Below are positions 18,111 through 27,292 of a stretch of 64,000 nt of DNA, piece after piece. A program made the translations under genes and the position numbers. The notes under the pieces are model-generated. The model saw nothing but the letters and a program-made list of their open reading frames with translations. It ran no database searches and was not told where the DNA came from. The DNA lies in assembly GCF_963976325.1 (NCBI RefSeq), contig NZ_CAXBJW010000012.1, forward strand, positions 4,630-68,629, written 5' to 3'. This DNA is from an uncultured Pseudosulfitobacter sp. (GTDB lineage: Bacteria > Pseudomonadota > Alphaproteobacteria > Rhodobacterales > Rhodobacteraceae). Position 1 is the first letter of the stretch; every line of letters starts with the position of its first letter.

Positions 18111-19040
18111 TTAATGTGCGGCGGCTTTGGCCCGCAGACGCGGGTCCAGCAGGCCATAGGCGAAATCGACACACAGGTTGGCGATGACCATGGCCGACGC
18201 GATCACCAGCAGCAGGCATTGCACCACCGCCAGATCACGGTTCGACACCGACACGATCAGCAGCCTGCCGATGCCGGGCCATGAGAAAATGCTTTCGACC
18301 ACCACGGCCCCCGCGATCAGCGACCCGACCATAAAGCCGACGATGGTGACGATCGGCACCGAGGCATTGGGCAACGCGTGTTTCCACACCACGTCGCGCC
18401 AGCTTAGCCCCTTGGCCATGGCGGTGCGGATATAGGGCTGGCCCATCACCTCGATCATCGCCGACCGCGAGAACCGCGCAAGGATGCCGATGCCGCCAAC
18501 CGACATGGTGGCAATCGGCAGGATCGCGTGTTGCCAACTGTCCTGCCCGCCCGACGGCAGCCACCCCAGCGTCACGGCAAAGACCAGCACCAGCACCAGC
18601 CCCATCACGAACGACGGAATGGTAAAGCCGAAGATCGACAGCATGATAACCCCCCGATCCGCGACCGATTCACGGTGCAGCGCCGCGTAGACACCGGCAG
18701 GGATACCAACGCCAAGCTGGATCAACAGCGTCGGCACGGTCAGGGCCAGCGTGGCGGGCACCCGTTCCAGCACCAGATCAATCGCCGGAGAGCGGTCGCG
18801 CATGGACACGCCGAAATCAAGTTGGGCAAGGGATTTGAGATAGGCCAGATACTGCTTCCAGATCGGATCGTCCAAACCCCATTGCGCGCGGAACGCCTCA
18901 ATGCTGTCGGTGGGCGCATCCGGCCCCAGCAGGATCGACGCGGGATCGCCCGACAGGCGCAGCACGACAAAGGCAAAGGTCATCACCAACAGGATCGTCA
19001 GGGCCGCACGAAACAGACGGGTAACAAAATAGCTTAGCAT
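18111..19040 (-). CDS. ABC transporter permease (DppB/OppB-like)
   Basis: ORF 18111..19205. Start placed at MLSYFVTRLFRAALTILLV, the canonical DppB-type N-terminus. Confidence 0.85.
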   Translation of the reverse strand: MLSYFVTRLFRAALTILLVMTFAFVVLRLSGDPASILLGPDAPTDSIEAFRAQWGLDDPIWKQYLAYLKSLAQLDFGVSMRDRSPAIDLVLERVPATLALTVPTLLIQLGVGIPAGVYAALHRESVADRGVIMLSIFGFTIPSFVMGLVLVLVFAVTLGWLPSGGQDSWQHAILPIATMSVGGIGILARFSRSAMIEVMGQPYIRTAMAKGLSWRDVVWKHALPNASVPIVTIVGFMVGSLIAGAVVVESIFSWPGIGRLLIVSVSNRDLAVVQCLLLVIASAMVIANLCVDFAYGLLDPRLRAKAAAH

Positions 19041-19071
19041 ATCATGGCTTTCGGGGTCATGCAGCGTACCA

Positions 19072-20055
19072 TCAGGCGGCCCGCCCGGCGCGGGGCGCGT
19101 CCAGCAGGTGACAGGCGGCGCGGCGCGCGGGGGCGATGGTTTGCAGGGACGGAACCGCCTGTGCACAGCTTGGGACAGCCGCCGCACAACGCGGATGGAA
19201 CGCACACCCCGCGGGGCGCTGCGCGGGGTTTGGCGGCTCGCCCTTCAGCAAGATGCGGCCTTGCAGCCGTTTGCCCGGCACCGGCACCGACGACACCAAC
19301 GCTTGGGTATAGGGGTGTTCGGGCTGCGCGAAAATCTGGTCCGAGCTGGCCTCTTCCACGATCCGGCCAAGGTACATCACCGCGACACGGTCACAGATGT
19401 TGCGCACGACTTTCAGGTCGTGGCTGATGAACACCATGGCGATCCCGTGGCGTTCCTGAAGGTCGCGCAGCAGGTTGACCACCTGCGCCTGAATGGACAC
19501 ATCCAGCGCCGACACCGGCTCGTCACAGACCAGCAGACGGGGCGACGTGGCCAATGCGCGGGCGATGATCACCCGCTGGCGCTGACCGCCCGACAACTCG
19601 TGCGGATAGCGCGCGCCCTGATCCTGCCGCAGACCCACCTGCGCCATCAGCTCGGCCACGCGTTCGGTCAGCTCGACGCCGGTGGCAAGCCCGTGAATTT
19701 CCAGCGGCTCGCCGATCTGGCGGGCGATGGTCAACCGCCGGTCCAGTGCGGCCAACGGGTCCTGATAGACAAACTGCATCTGTGCGCGCAACGCCCGCCA
19801 CGGGGCAGTGTGCAAGGGCGGCATCGGCTGGCCGTCAAACAGCACCTGCCCCTCGGTCGGGGCATCAATGCCCAGCAGCATCCGGCCCAGCGTCGACTTG
19901 CCCGACCCGCTTTCCCCGACGATGCCCAGCGTCTCACCAGCCTTCAGCGTCAGATCGACACCGTCGACCGCCCGCACCGACGCGGCCTTGTGAAACAGCG
20001 ATTTCTGGCCCTCGTAACAGCGGACCAGCCCGCGCGCTTGCAGCAATGCGGTCAT
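19072..20055 (-). CDS. ABC transporter ATP-binding protein (DppF/OppF-like)
   Basis: 327 aa. Walker A GESGSGKST. Signature LSGGQRQRV. Confidence 0.9.
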   Translation of the reverse strand: MTALLQARGLVRCYEGQKSLFHKAASVRAVDGVDLTLKAGETLGIVGESGSGKSTLGRMLLGIDAPTEGQVLFDGQPMPPLHTAPWRALRAQMQFVYQDPLAALDRRLTIARQIGEPLEIHGLATGVELTERVAELMAQVGLRQDQGARYPHELSGGQRQRVIIARALATSPRLLVCDEPVSALDVSIQAQVVNLLRDLQERHGIAMVFISHDLKVVRNICDRVAVMYLGRIVEEASSDQIFAQPEHPYTQALVSSVPVPGKRLQGRILLKGEPPNPAQRPAGCAFHPRCAAAVPSCAQAVPSLQTIAPARRAACHLLDAPRAGRAA

Positions 20056-21044
20056 GCGGGCAGCCTTTCGTCGGTGGTAGCAGTGCCGGTCGCGGGCGCC
20101 GTCACCGGATAGAAACAGGCCAACTGCCGGCCATCCTGTTGTGGTTTCAACGCGGGCACGTCGCTGTTGCAGAACGCCTGCGCCTTGGCACAGCGCGGGG
20201 CAAAGGCACAGCCCTGGGGCATATGGCGCGGGTCTGGCACGGTGCCGTGGATCGGGATCAGCCGGTCGCGCGTGCCGTCCAGTCGCGGGATCGCGTCGAA
20301 CAGGCCACGGGTATAAGGATGGCGCGGTGCGTCGAACATCGGGCCGATGGCACCGCTTTCGACAATCCGGCCTGCGTACATCACATGCACACGGTCACAG
20401 ATCGCACCAACCGCGCCCAGATCGTGGCTGATGAACACCATGCCCATGCCCGTTTCGCGGCGCAGTGTCGCCAGAAGGTCAAGGATTTGCGCCTGAATCG
20501 TGGCATCCAGCGCCGTGGTAGGTTCATCCGCGATCAAAAGATCCGGCGCGCCTGCCAGCGCCATGGCGATCATCACACGTTGGCATTGGCCGCCGGAAAA
20601 CTCGTGCGGGTACAGATCGACCCGTTTCGCAGCGCCCGGAATGCCGACCATATCCAGCAGCCGCACCGCCTCAATCCGGCCTGCGCGGCGGTCCATGCCG
20701 CGATGCAACCGCAGGCTTTCGCCAATCTGGTGACCGACGGTGCGCACCGGGTTCAGCGACGACGACGGGTCCTGAAAGATCATCGCGATCCGGCCACCGC
20801 GCACCCCCTCGACGGCGGCGCGTCCGGTGCCGATCAACTGCTGGCCTTCGACGGTCACCGATCCGCTGACCGACGCCTTGCCCGGCAACAGGCCCAGGGC
20901 GGCCAGCCACGTCACCGACTTGCCGCAGCCGGATTCACCCACCAGCCCCAGTGCCTCGCCCTTGGCGACGTCAAGGTTGATGCCGTGCAGGACCTGAACA
21001 CCGTCAAAGGCAACTTTCAGATCACGTATCGAAACATAGGACAT
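20052..21044 (-). CDS. ABC transporter ATP-binding protein (DppD/OppD-like)
   Basis: 330 aa. Walker A GESGCGKSV. Signature FSGGQCQRV. Confidence 0.9.
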   Translation of the reverse strand: MSYVSIRDLKVAFDGVQVLHGINLDVAKGEALGLVGESGCGKSVTWLAALGLLPGKASVSGSVTVEGQQLIGTGRAAVEGVRGGRIAMIFQDPSSSLNPVRTVGHQIGESLRLHRGMDRRAGRIEAVRLLDMVGIPGAAKRVDLYPHEFSGGQCQRVMIAMALAGAPDLLIADEPTTALDATIQAQILDLLATLRRETGMGMVFISHDLGAVGAICDRVHVMYAGRIVESGAIGPMFDAPRHPYTRGLFDAIPRLDGTRDRLIPIHGTVPDPRHMPQGCAFAPRCAKAQAFCNSDVPALKPQQDGRQLACFYPVTAPATGTATTDERLPA

Positions 21045-21061
21045 ATCAGGCTTTCAAATGC

Positions 21062-21093
21062 CACGTGGCGCCGCAGGATTGCCGCGCCACGTG
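21062..21093 (-). other. intercistronic stem-loop following the substrate-binding gene
   Basis: CACGTGGCGC-N12-GCGCCACGTG, a perfect 10-bp stem, between the SBP stop (21107) and the ATPase start (21044). Confidence 0.4.
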
Positions 21094-21106
21094 ATCGCGT
21101 TCTGGA

Positions 21107-22735
21107 TCAGGAGGCGTTCCAGTTGTCGGCGCGGAAATCCATCGCAAAGGCCGGTGCGGCCTTCCAGTTCAGGTCCGATTTCATGCCGGTGAACACGCAG
21201 TTCTGGTGCAGGACCTGGAATGCGGGATCTTCACGTTCGGTGATTTCCAGCATCCGCGCGAACGCTTTTTTGCGCGCGCCGCGATCCGTCGATTTCTGCA
21301 TGAAGTTCGACAGCTCGTTCATTTCGACGTTGGACCATTCGTTGCGCTGCTGCTGCAATCCGTTCGGCCCGTGCTGCGCCACAATCGACGACACCGGATC
21401 GTTGAACGTGGCCGAGTTCGACCAGTCGCGGATGCCGCGTGTGTCGTTGTCTTCCAGCACCTGACCCCAGTTTTCGACCATCTGGATTTCGACGTTCAGA
21501 CCCGCCTGCTTCCACATCTCGACCATGATCTGCGCGTTCGAAACCTGATTGATGTAATAGTTGTTCAGCACGCGGAACGGGATTGCATCGCCCTGATAGC
21601 CGGACTGTTTCACCAGATCGCGTGCCATTTCCAGGTTGAACTCGGGGGCGGTCCAGCCCTTGATGAACATATCATCGTAGAATTCAAATTGCAGACCTGC
21701 GGGCACCTTGGTCTGGCCGTCCCACAAGGCGTTCACGATCAATTGGCGGTCGATCGAATGGGTCATGGCGCGGCGGATCAGCGGGTCGGACAGGACCGGG
21801 TGCACCTTGTCAAAGACCTGAATGCGGTGGTTCAGAATGGTCGAACCCTGCACCTCAAGCCCGGCGGTGTTGCGCACGGCATCCAGTTGGTCGGGCGGCA
21901 GGTCGCAGGCAAAATCGTATTCGCCGGACAGCAGACCGTTCACGCGGCTGGCCACTTCGGGCACTTCCAGGAACCGGATTTCCGCCAGCGGCGGGCGGCC
22001 ACCCCAATAGTCATCGTGTGCCACCAGTGTCAGCGACACGTCGGGGCGGTATTCCTGCACCTTATAGGCGCCGGTGGTCACGGGCGCGTTGGCCCAGTCG
22101 GCATATGTCGCGGCTTCGTCCCACGCGCGGCGGCTGGCGATTTGCGAGCCAAAGGCGATCAGGCGCCCTTCCAGCGTCACATCGGGCGATGCGTTGTGGA
22201 ACCGCACGGTGTACTTGTCCACCGCTTCGACACCGCGCAGCGCCGGCCACAGACGACGGCCCACACCGGGCACACCGGCGGGCAGTTCCTTGTCTGTCTT
22301 GGGCTTGAAATTGTCCGCATACAGCGTTTCGCCGCCATCGGGCTGGGTGCCTGCAAACACACGTTCGTCCGAGAACGAAAACACCACGTCGTCGGCGGTC
22401 ATTTCGTCGCCGTTGTGGAATTTCACGCCTTCGCGCAGCTTCAGCTCGATGGTCTTGTCATCCAGACGCTTCCAGCTTGTCGCCAGACCGGGCACGCCGC
22501 CCTGATCGCCCATCCAGTTGCGGTTGATCAGACCTTCCCACAGGTTGGGGAAAAACACGCGTTCCCCGACGTTGGACTGTTCGTTCCAGACATCCATCGT
22601 GTTGTTGTTGGTGATCTTTTGAACGGCAACGGTGACTGTGCGGCGCTGGGATTGTGCGAACGACAGCCCCGGCATAGCCAAAGAGCCGGCAGCGGCCCCC
22701 AAAAGTCCAAGAGCGTGGCGGCGGTGAATAAGCAT
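21107..22735 (-). CDS. ABC transporter substrate-binding protein, family 5 (peptide/nickel/opine type)
   Basis: 542 aa. Signal peptide MLIHRRHALGLLGAAAGSLAMPGLSFAQ. First gene of the minus-strand ABC operon. Confidence 0.85.
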   Translation of the reverse strand: MLIHRRHALGLLGAAAGSLAMPGLSFAQSQRRTVTVAVQKITNNNTMDVWNEQSNVGERVFFPNLWEGLINRNWMGDQGGVPGLATSWKRLDDKTIELKLREGVKFHNGDEMTADDVVFSFSDERVFAGTQPDGGETLYADNFKPKTDKELPAGVPGVGRRLWPALRGVEAVDKYTVRFHNASPDVTLEGRLIAFGSQIASRRAWDEAATYADWANAPVTTGAYKVQEYRPDVSLTLVAHDDYWGGRPPLAEIRFLEVPEVASRVNGLLSGEYDFACDLPPDQLDAVRNTAGLEVQGSTILNHRIQVFDKVHPVLSDPLIRRAMTHSIDRQLIVNALWDGQTKVPAGLQFEFYDDMFIKGWTAPEFNLEMARDLVKQSGYQGDAIPFRVLNNYYINQVSNAQIMVEMWKQAGLNVEIQMVENWGQVLEDNDTRGIRDWSNSATFNDPVSSIVAQHGPNGLQQQRNEWSNVEMNELSNFMQKSTDRGARKKAFARMLEITEREDPAFQVLHQNCVFTGMKSDLNWKAAPAFAMDFRADNWNAS

Positions 22736-23119
22736 GAGGCAAACCTTTGCAGATGACGGCCCCGCGGATCAGGGCACGTTTCGGCGCCTTATCGGTCTGC
22801 TGTGCGACACCCATGTGATGGTTTCTTGAACTATTTGTTTCAGTGGCATTGCCAGGACACGGCGGGCACCTCAGCCCGATCCCCCTTTGGCGCGCCGCAA
22901 CGCGCGCCCCTGATTCCTTACTTTTTCAAGCACCGCATTCCATTTCGCCACCCTGCCCCATGCCCAAATTCCCGACGCACGCGCAAAATTTGCAACGCGT
23001 GTCGTTTTTCCATCGCACCGCGCCGTTGTGCATCCTTGCCCATCGCGTCCGCTGGCGCATAGGTGTCGGCACGGGGGCCGCATTCGATCCACCGCGCCCA
23101 AAGATTAGGATTTCTGACG

Positions 23120-24004
23120 ATGACCAAATATTGCCTGAACGTTAGCTGCGCCTCGCGCCGTGGCATCGTATCTGCCATCTCGGCCTTTCTGGCCGACCAC
23201 GGGTGCAACATTCTGGACAGTGCACAGTTCGACGACACGCACACCGGCAAGTTCTTTATGCGCGTGGGCTTTGCCTCGGAACTGGACGCCACGCTGGAAA
23301 CGCTGACCGCCGACTTTGGCGCCGTGGCCGAGCCGCTGGACCTGGACTGGTCGTTCCACGACGAAACCACCAAGATGAAAGCCGTGATCATGGTGTCGCG
23401 GTTTGGCCACTGCCTGAATGACCTGCTGTACCGCTGGCGCATCGGCGCGCTGCCCATCGACATCGTGGCGGTCATTTCCAACCACACCGATTACCAGAAG
23501 GTCGTGGTCAACCACGACATCCCGTTCCACCACATCAAGGTGACGCCGGAAAACAAACCGCAGGCCGAAGCGCGGATCATGGAAGTGGTCGAAGACGTGG
23601 ACGCCGATCTGGTGGTGCTGGCGCGCTACATGCAGATCCTGTCGGACAGCATGTGCAAGAAAATGTCGGGGCGCATCATCAACATCCACCATTCGTTCCT
23701 GCCGTCGTTCAAGGGGGCCAACCCCTACAAGCAGGCGTTTGATCGCGGCGTGAAACTGATCGGGGCCACCGCCCACTATGTCACCGCCGACCTGGACGAA
23801 GGTCCGATCATCGAACAGGACACCGTGCGCGTCACCCACGCCCAGAACGGCAGCGATTACGTGTCACTGGGCCGCGATGTCGAGGCCCAGGTGCTGGCCC
23901 GCGCCATCCACGCCCACGCCAACCGCCGCGTGTTCCTGAACGGCAACAAAACCGTGGTGTTCCCGCCGTCGCCCGGCGCCTACAGCAGCGACCGCATGGG
24001 CTGA
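23120..24004 (+). CDS. purU: formyltetrahydrofolate deformylase
   Basis: ORF 23063..24004. Start placed at MTKYCLNVSC. N-terminal ACT domain (GIVSAISAFLADHGCNILDSAQF). Formyltransferase core (INIHHSFLPSFKGANPY; ATAHYVTADLDEGPII). Confidence 0.9.
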   Translation: MTKYCLNVSCASRRGIVSAISAFLADHGCNILDSAQFDDTHTGKFFMRVGFASELDATLETLTADFGAVAEPLDLDWSFHDETTKMKAVIMVSRFGHCLNDLLYRWRIGALPIDIVAVISNHTDYQKVVVNHDIPFHHIKVTPENKPQAEARIMEVVEDVDADLVVLARYMQILSDSMCKKMSGRIINIHHSFLPSFKGANPYKQAFDRGVKLIGATAHYVTADLDEGPIIEQDTVRVTHAQNGSDYVSLGRDVEAQVLARAIHAHANRRVFLNGNKTVVFPPSPGAYSSDRMG

Positions 24005-24057
24005 ACTGCCGTCGGGCGCTGTCTGCGCCTGCCGCTTTTCACAAAACTTTCACGCAA

Positions 24058-24087
24058 GGGCTGCGCCAGAACAGGCGCGGCCCTTTT
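24058..24087 (+). terminator. rho-independent terminator of purU
   Basis: GGGCTGCGCC-agaaca-GGCGCGGCCC followed by TTTT. Confidence 0.6.
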
Positions 24088-24188
24088 GCGTGGGTGACGG
24101 CCAAAATCGACTTTTCCCCTATGAGACAGGCGAATTTTGCAACAAACTTTGTGCAATTACCGCGCAATTTTTTTGGAAAGGGCAATTC

Positions 24189-25613
24189 ATGGCCATCGAA
24201 TACATTCTGACCAGCACCTCCACCGCTTATGACGTTCAAACATCTGACGACGTGTTCGTCATGGACGGCGTGAACATCACATCGACAACAAACGCCATTT
24301 TCACAGACGTGGCAGGGGTCAATAACGGCATCACCGTCACTGTGCGTGGCGGCCTGTACGGCACGACAGGCATCAACCTGTGGTCCAATTCCACCCAAAA
24401 CAACGATACATATATTTATCTGGCCAAAGGCGCGCACGTTCACGGCACCCAGGACGGCATCACGATCCGGCAGGGGGACGACAATGTGGTCGTCAACTAC
24501 GGCGAGATTTCAGCGCAGCAAGCGGGCATATATTTTCAGGGCGGCGAGGCCACCGTCATCAATCACGGCAGCATCAGCTCGTTCGGCGAGTCCGGTCAGG
24601 GTGCGATCATCTTCAATGCCACAGCCGACGGCGACGATATTCGCGAGGTGGTCAACACTGGTATCATCAGCGGCGCACCACAAATCACAAGCTCGGTTAT
24701 ATACGCGACGATCCTCAATGCCGGCGGTGCCGAATTCCGTCTGAACAATTCGGGCCTGATCGAAGGCATTGGCGCAGATGCACTTTATAGCAGCGCAAGC
24801 CTGAACCTTCTGAACAACTCGGGCGAAATCAATGGAAATCTCGTTCTGCGCAACACCACCACATTGTCCAACACCGGCACGATCTTTGGCGATGTCGAAT
24901 TCGGAAGCGGCGACGACATCTATACCGGCATCGGCAACGGGATCATCACCGGCGGGCTGGCCCTTGGGTCTGGCGACGACACCGCCACCTTGGGCAACCT
25001 GGGCGGCACCGTCTATGGTGACGCAGGCAACGACACCCTGACCGGCGGCGCCGGCGCGGACTTTCTTGACGGTGGCGACGACAACGACCGCTTGTACGGG
25101 CGCGGCGGTGACGACGACCTGCGCGGGGGCCTGGGCAGCGACTATGTGTCCGGTGGCATGGGCGACGACCAGTTGATCGGCGACGACGGGGCCGACAAGA
25201 TGTTCGGAGGCGAAGGCGACGACACCCTGAACGGGGGCCGCGACAAGGACACCATCCGTGGCGGCGACGGCGAGGACGAAATCAAAGGCGGCCGTCTGGC
25301 CGATGTCCTGCGCGGCGGCGCGGGCGCCGACACCTTTGTCTATGACATCAAACAAGACAGCAGCACCGGTGCGTCCGATGTGATCCAGGACTTTGAGGTT
25401 GGCATTGACGTGATCGACCTAACCGGCGTGGCATCGGGTTTGACGTTTGTCGGAACGGCAGCGTTTTCGGGCACCGCAAACGAGGTCCGCTATGACATCG
25501 CGGGCAACGGGCGGACCTATATCCAGGTCGACACCGACGCCAACGGCAGCGCCGATATGCGCATCTGGCTGACGGACGTGGGCGCGCTGAGCGTGGATGA
25601 CTTCGTGCTGTAG
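24189..25613 (+). CDS. RTX-type calcium-binding repeat protein (putative T1SS-secreted)
   Basis: ORF 24090..25613. Start placed at MAIEYILTS. Tandem GGxGxD nonapeptides (GGAGADFLDGGDDNDRLYGRGGDDDLRGGLGSDYVSGGMGDDQLIGDDGADKMFGGEGDDTLNGG). C-terminal serralysin-C-like segment. No signal peptide. Confidence 0.85.
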   Translation: MAIEYILTSTSTAYDVQTSDDVFVMDGVNITSTTNAIFTDVAGVNNGITVTVRGGLYGTTGINLWSNSTQNNDTYIYLAKGAHVHGTQDGITIRQGDDNVVVNYGEISAQQAGIYFQGGEATVINHGSISSFGESGQGAIIFNATADGDDIREVVNTGIISGAPQITSSVIYATILNAGGAEFRLNNSGLIEGIGADALYSSASLNLLNNSGEINGNLVLRNTTTLSNTGTIFGDVEFGSGDDIYTGIGNGIITGGLALGSGDDTATLGNLGGTVYGDAGNDTLTGGAGADFLDGGDDNDRLYGRGGDDDLRGGLGSDYVSGGMGDDQLIGDDGADKMFGGEGDDTLNGGRDKDTIRGGDGEDEIKGGRLADVLRGGAGADTFVYDIKQDSSTGASDVIQDFEVGIDVIDLTGVASGLTFVGTAAFSGTANEVRYDIAGNGRTYIQVDTDANGSADMRIWLTDVGALSVDDFVL

Positions 25614-25635
25614 CCATCATTTGCAAAACACCAAA

Positions 25636-25670
25636 GACGGGCCGTTTTACAGAAAACCGCCCGTCTGTTT
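25636..25670. terminator. bidirectional terminator hairpin between the RTX gene and scpB-like gene
   Basis: GACGGGCCGTTTT-acag-AAAACCGCCCGTC, a 13-bp stem with one mismatch. It is flanked by A/T runs on both sides and sits in a convergent gene gap. Confidence 0.65.
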
Positions 25671-25697
25671 CCCTGTACAGTCTCTCTTCTGATGGCC

Positions 25698-26291
25698 CTA
25701 CGCCTGACGCAGCCCGGCATCTTCCAACTGCTCAGGGTCGGGAAGGTCGCGCAGGCTTTCCAGCCCGAAGGCCACCAGAAACCGGTCGGTGGTCACAAAG
25801 GTATAGGGCGCGCCGCGTCGGGGCGACCGTGGGCCGGTTCCGATCAGCCCTTGGGCGTCCAGACGACCAATCAGGTCGCGGGCGATCTCTTTGCCAAAAA
25901 TGTCCTTTAACCCGTCACGGGTGACCGGCTGGTGATAGGCGATGGCCGCCAGAACCGCGATGTCGAATTCGCTCAGGTCCAGAACCTGCGCGCCCGCCTC
26001 GGCGGCGGACCGGATCGCAGGCCCGTAAGCGACCCGCGTGCGCAATATCCAGCCGTCGCCAACCTTGGCCACCTCGAACGACCGCCCTTCCAGATCGGCG
26101 GCCAGATCCTCGACCAGCAGATCCACCGCCGCCCCCTGCCCCACCACGCGCGCCAGCTTTTCGCGCGGCACCGGGCTGGACGCGGCGAACAGCACCGCCT
26201 CGATCCGGCGCATCCATTCGTGCCAGCGCAGGTCCGCAGGCAGCTCAGCCAGTTCGCGGTCCAGTTCGGGCGGGTTCTGTTTCACACTCAC
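25698..26291 (-). CDS. scpB: ScpB-like segregation and condensation protein B homolog
   Basis: 197 aa with a GTG start. EAVLFAASSPV...LSEFDIAVLAAIAYHQPVTRDGLKDIFGKEIARDLIGRLDAQGLI...GAPYTFVTTDRFLVAFGLESLRDLP matches the two winged-helix ScpB signature. Confidence 0.8.
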   Translation of the reverse strand: MSVKQNPPELDRELAELPADLRWHEWMRRIEAVLFAASSPVPREKLARVVGQGAAVDLLVEDLAADLEGRSFEVAKVGDGWILRTRVAYGPAIRSAAEAGAQVLDLSEFDIAVLAAIAYHQPVTRDGLKDIFGKEIARDLIGRLDAQGLIGTGPRSPRRGAPYTFVTTDRFLVAFGLESLRDLPDPEQLEDAGLRQA

Positions 26292-27172
26292 ACCCCGTAC
26301 AGCCGGAACGTGTCACGCCCCGTCAATTCGCGCACCGCACCCAGGGACACCAGCCGGTCACACAGCCGCCGCGCCGCCCTGTCCGGCAATGGCAAACCCG
26401 CAGGGGCGACCGCATCGCGCGTCAGGAACATCTGCACCGCGGCACCCGCCGCCTTGGCCCGCAACTTGGGTGCGACGGCCTGCAAATGCGCCGCCCGCCG
26501 CGCAAGGTCGCCCGCGATGCGCGCAGCATGTGACACCGACGCCGTCACCGCCCGGTGGCACGCCATTTCCAGATCCGCATCCCCCTTACCCAGATCGGCC
26601 CGTTTCAAACCGGCAGCCAGCAGCGGCACCATATGTGTCCACCCCAGGGCCCGCGCCAGCGCCGCATCCGCCAGGATCAGCGCGGCGGTTTCTGCGCGCG
26701 GGGCATCGGCCAGAACCGCCTGCAACACCATCGCCGCGCGGGTCACCGGCCCGCCCTCTTGCGCGTCCAGCCACCCCGCGATCTGCGTGGCATCCATTCC
26801 GGGCAGCGCACGGGCCAGCATTCCGACAGACACCGGCCGCGCGACCGCACGCTGCCAGCTTACCAAGGTTTCTCCCGCAGGGCCGGGCAAGTCACCGGGC
26901 CGCATCAGGTGCACCGCATCGCGCAACGCAGCCGCCCGTTCGGGTCGTCCTGTGAACACCACACAGGCCTCGGCAGCGCCCAAGGCAAGACGGTCCCGAA
27001 ACAAGGGCTGGGGGACCGCGTCGGCGTGCACCACAAGATGCAGATGCGCCAGCGCCGCACCCGACAAAAACGCCACATCTTCGGGGGTTTGCCCACGCAC
27101 AGAGGTGACCCAGACAGGCATATGGGGTATCGTGTCGGTGGCGACGACAGGTGTGACCGGTGCAGGTTTCAT
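26288..27172 (-). CDS. DUF1403-like protein (function unknown)
   Basis: 294 aa, Ala/Leu-rich, with no catalytic motif I can recognise. It resembles the DUF1403 proteins I recall from alphaproteobacterial plasmids. Its stop overlaps the scpB-like start (GTGA). Confidence 0.55.
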   Translation of the reverse strand: MKPAPVTPVVATDTIPHMPVWVTSVRGQTPEDVAFLSGAALAHLHLVVHADAVPQPLFRDRLALGAAEACVVFTGRPERAAALRDAVHLMRPGDLPGPAGETLVSWQRAVARPVSVGMLARALPGMDATQIAGWLDAQEGGPVTRAAMVLQAVLADAPRAETAALILADAALARALGWTHMVPLLAAGLKRADLGKGDADLEMACHRAVTASVSHAARIAGDLARRAAHLQAVAPKLRAKAAGAAVQMFLTRDAVAPAGLPLPDRAARRLCDRLVSLGAVRELTGRDTFRLYGV

Positions 27173-27292
27173 AAAGCAAGCCTAGTTTGCGGCGGCGCTT
27201 TTATCCAGATAATTACGCCTAAACCGCCTCAAAGTGTCGGGCCTTGTTATGTCCGATAATTCCAGGGTCAGGTGCCGCAAAACGCCACCTGC

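Noticed and set aside
22736-23119. Possible riboswitch (ZTP/pfl or THF type) in the 384-nt leader of purU.
   Set aside because: I could not find the conserved ZTP elements (a GGGUCGUGACUGGCG-like 5' domain or the CCGCCUGGGC 3' segment) or any other riboswitch core that I recognise. Only generic GC-rich hairpins are present. An Infernal/Rfam scan would be needed to revisit this.
27201-27209. DnaA-box-like TTATCCAGA between the initiator gene stop and the DUF1403-like gene start.
   Set aside because: It is a single copy with a mismatch in the critical CACA part of TTATCCACA. It also lies outside the AT-rich region that holds the iterons. That is insufficient to call it a DnaA box.
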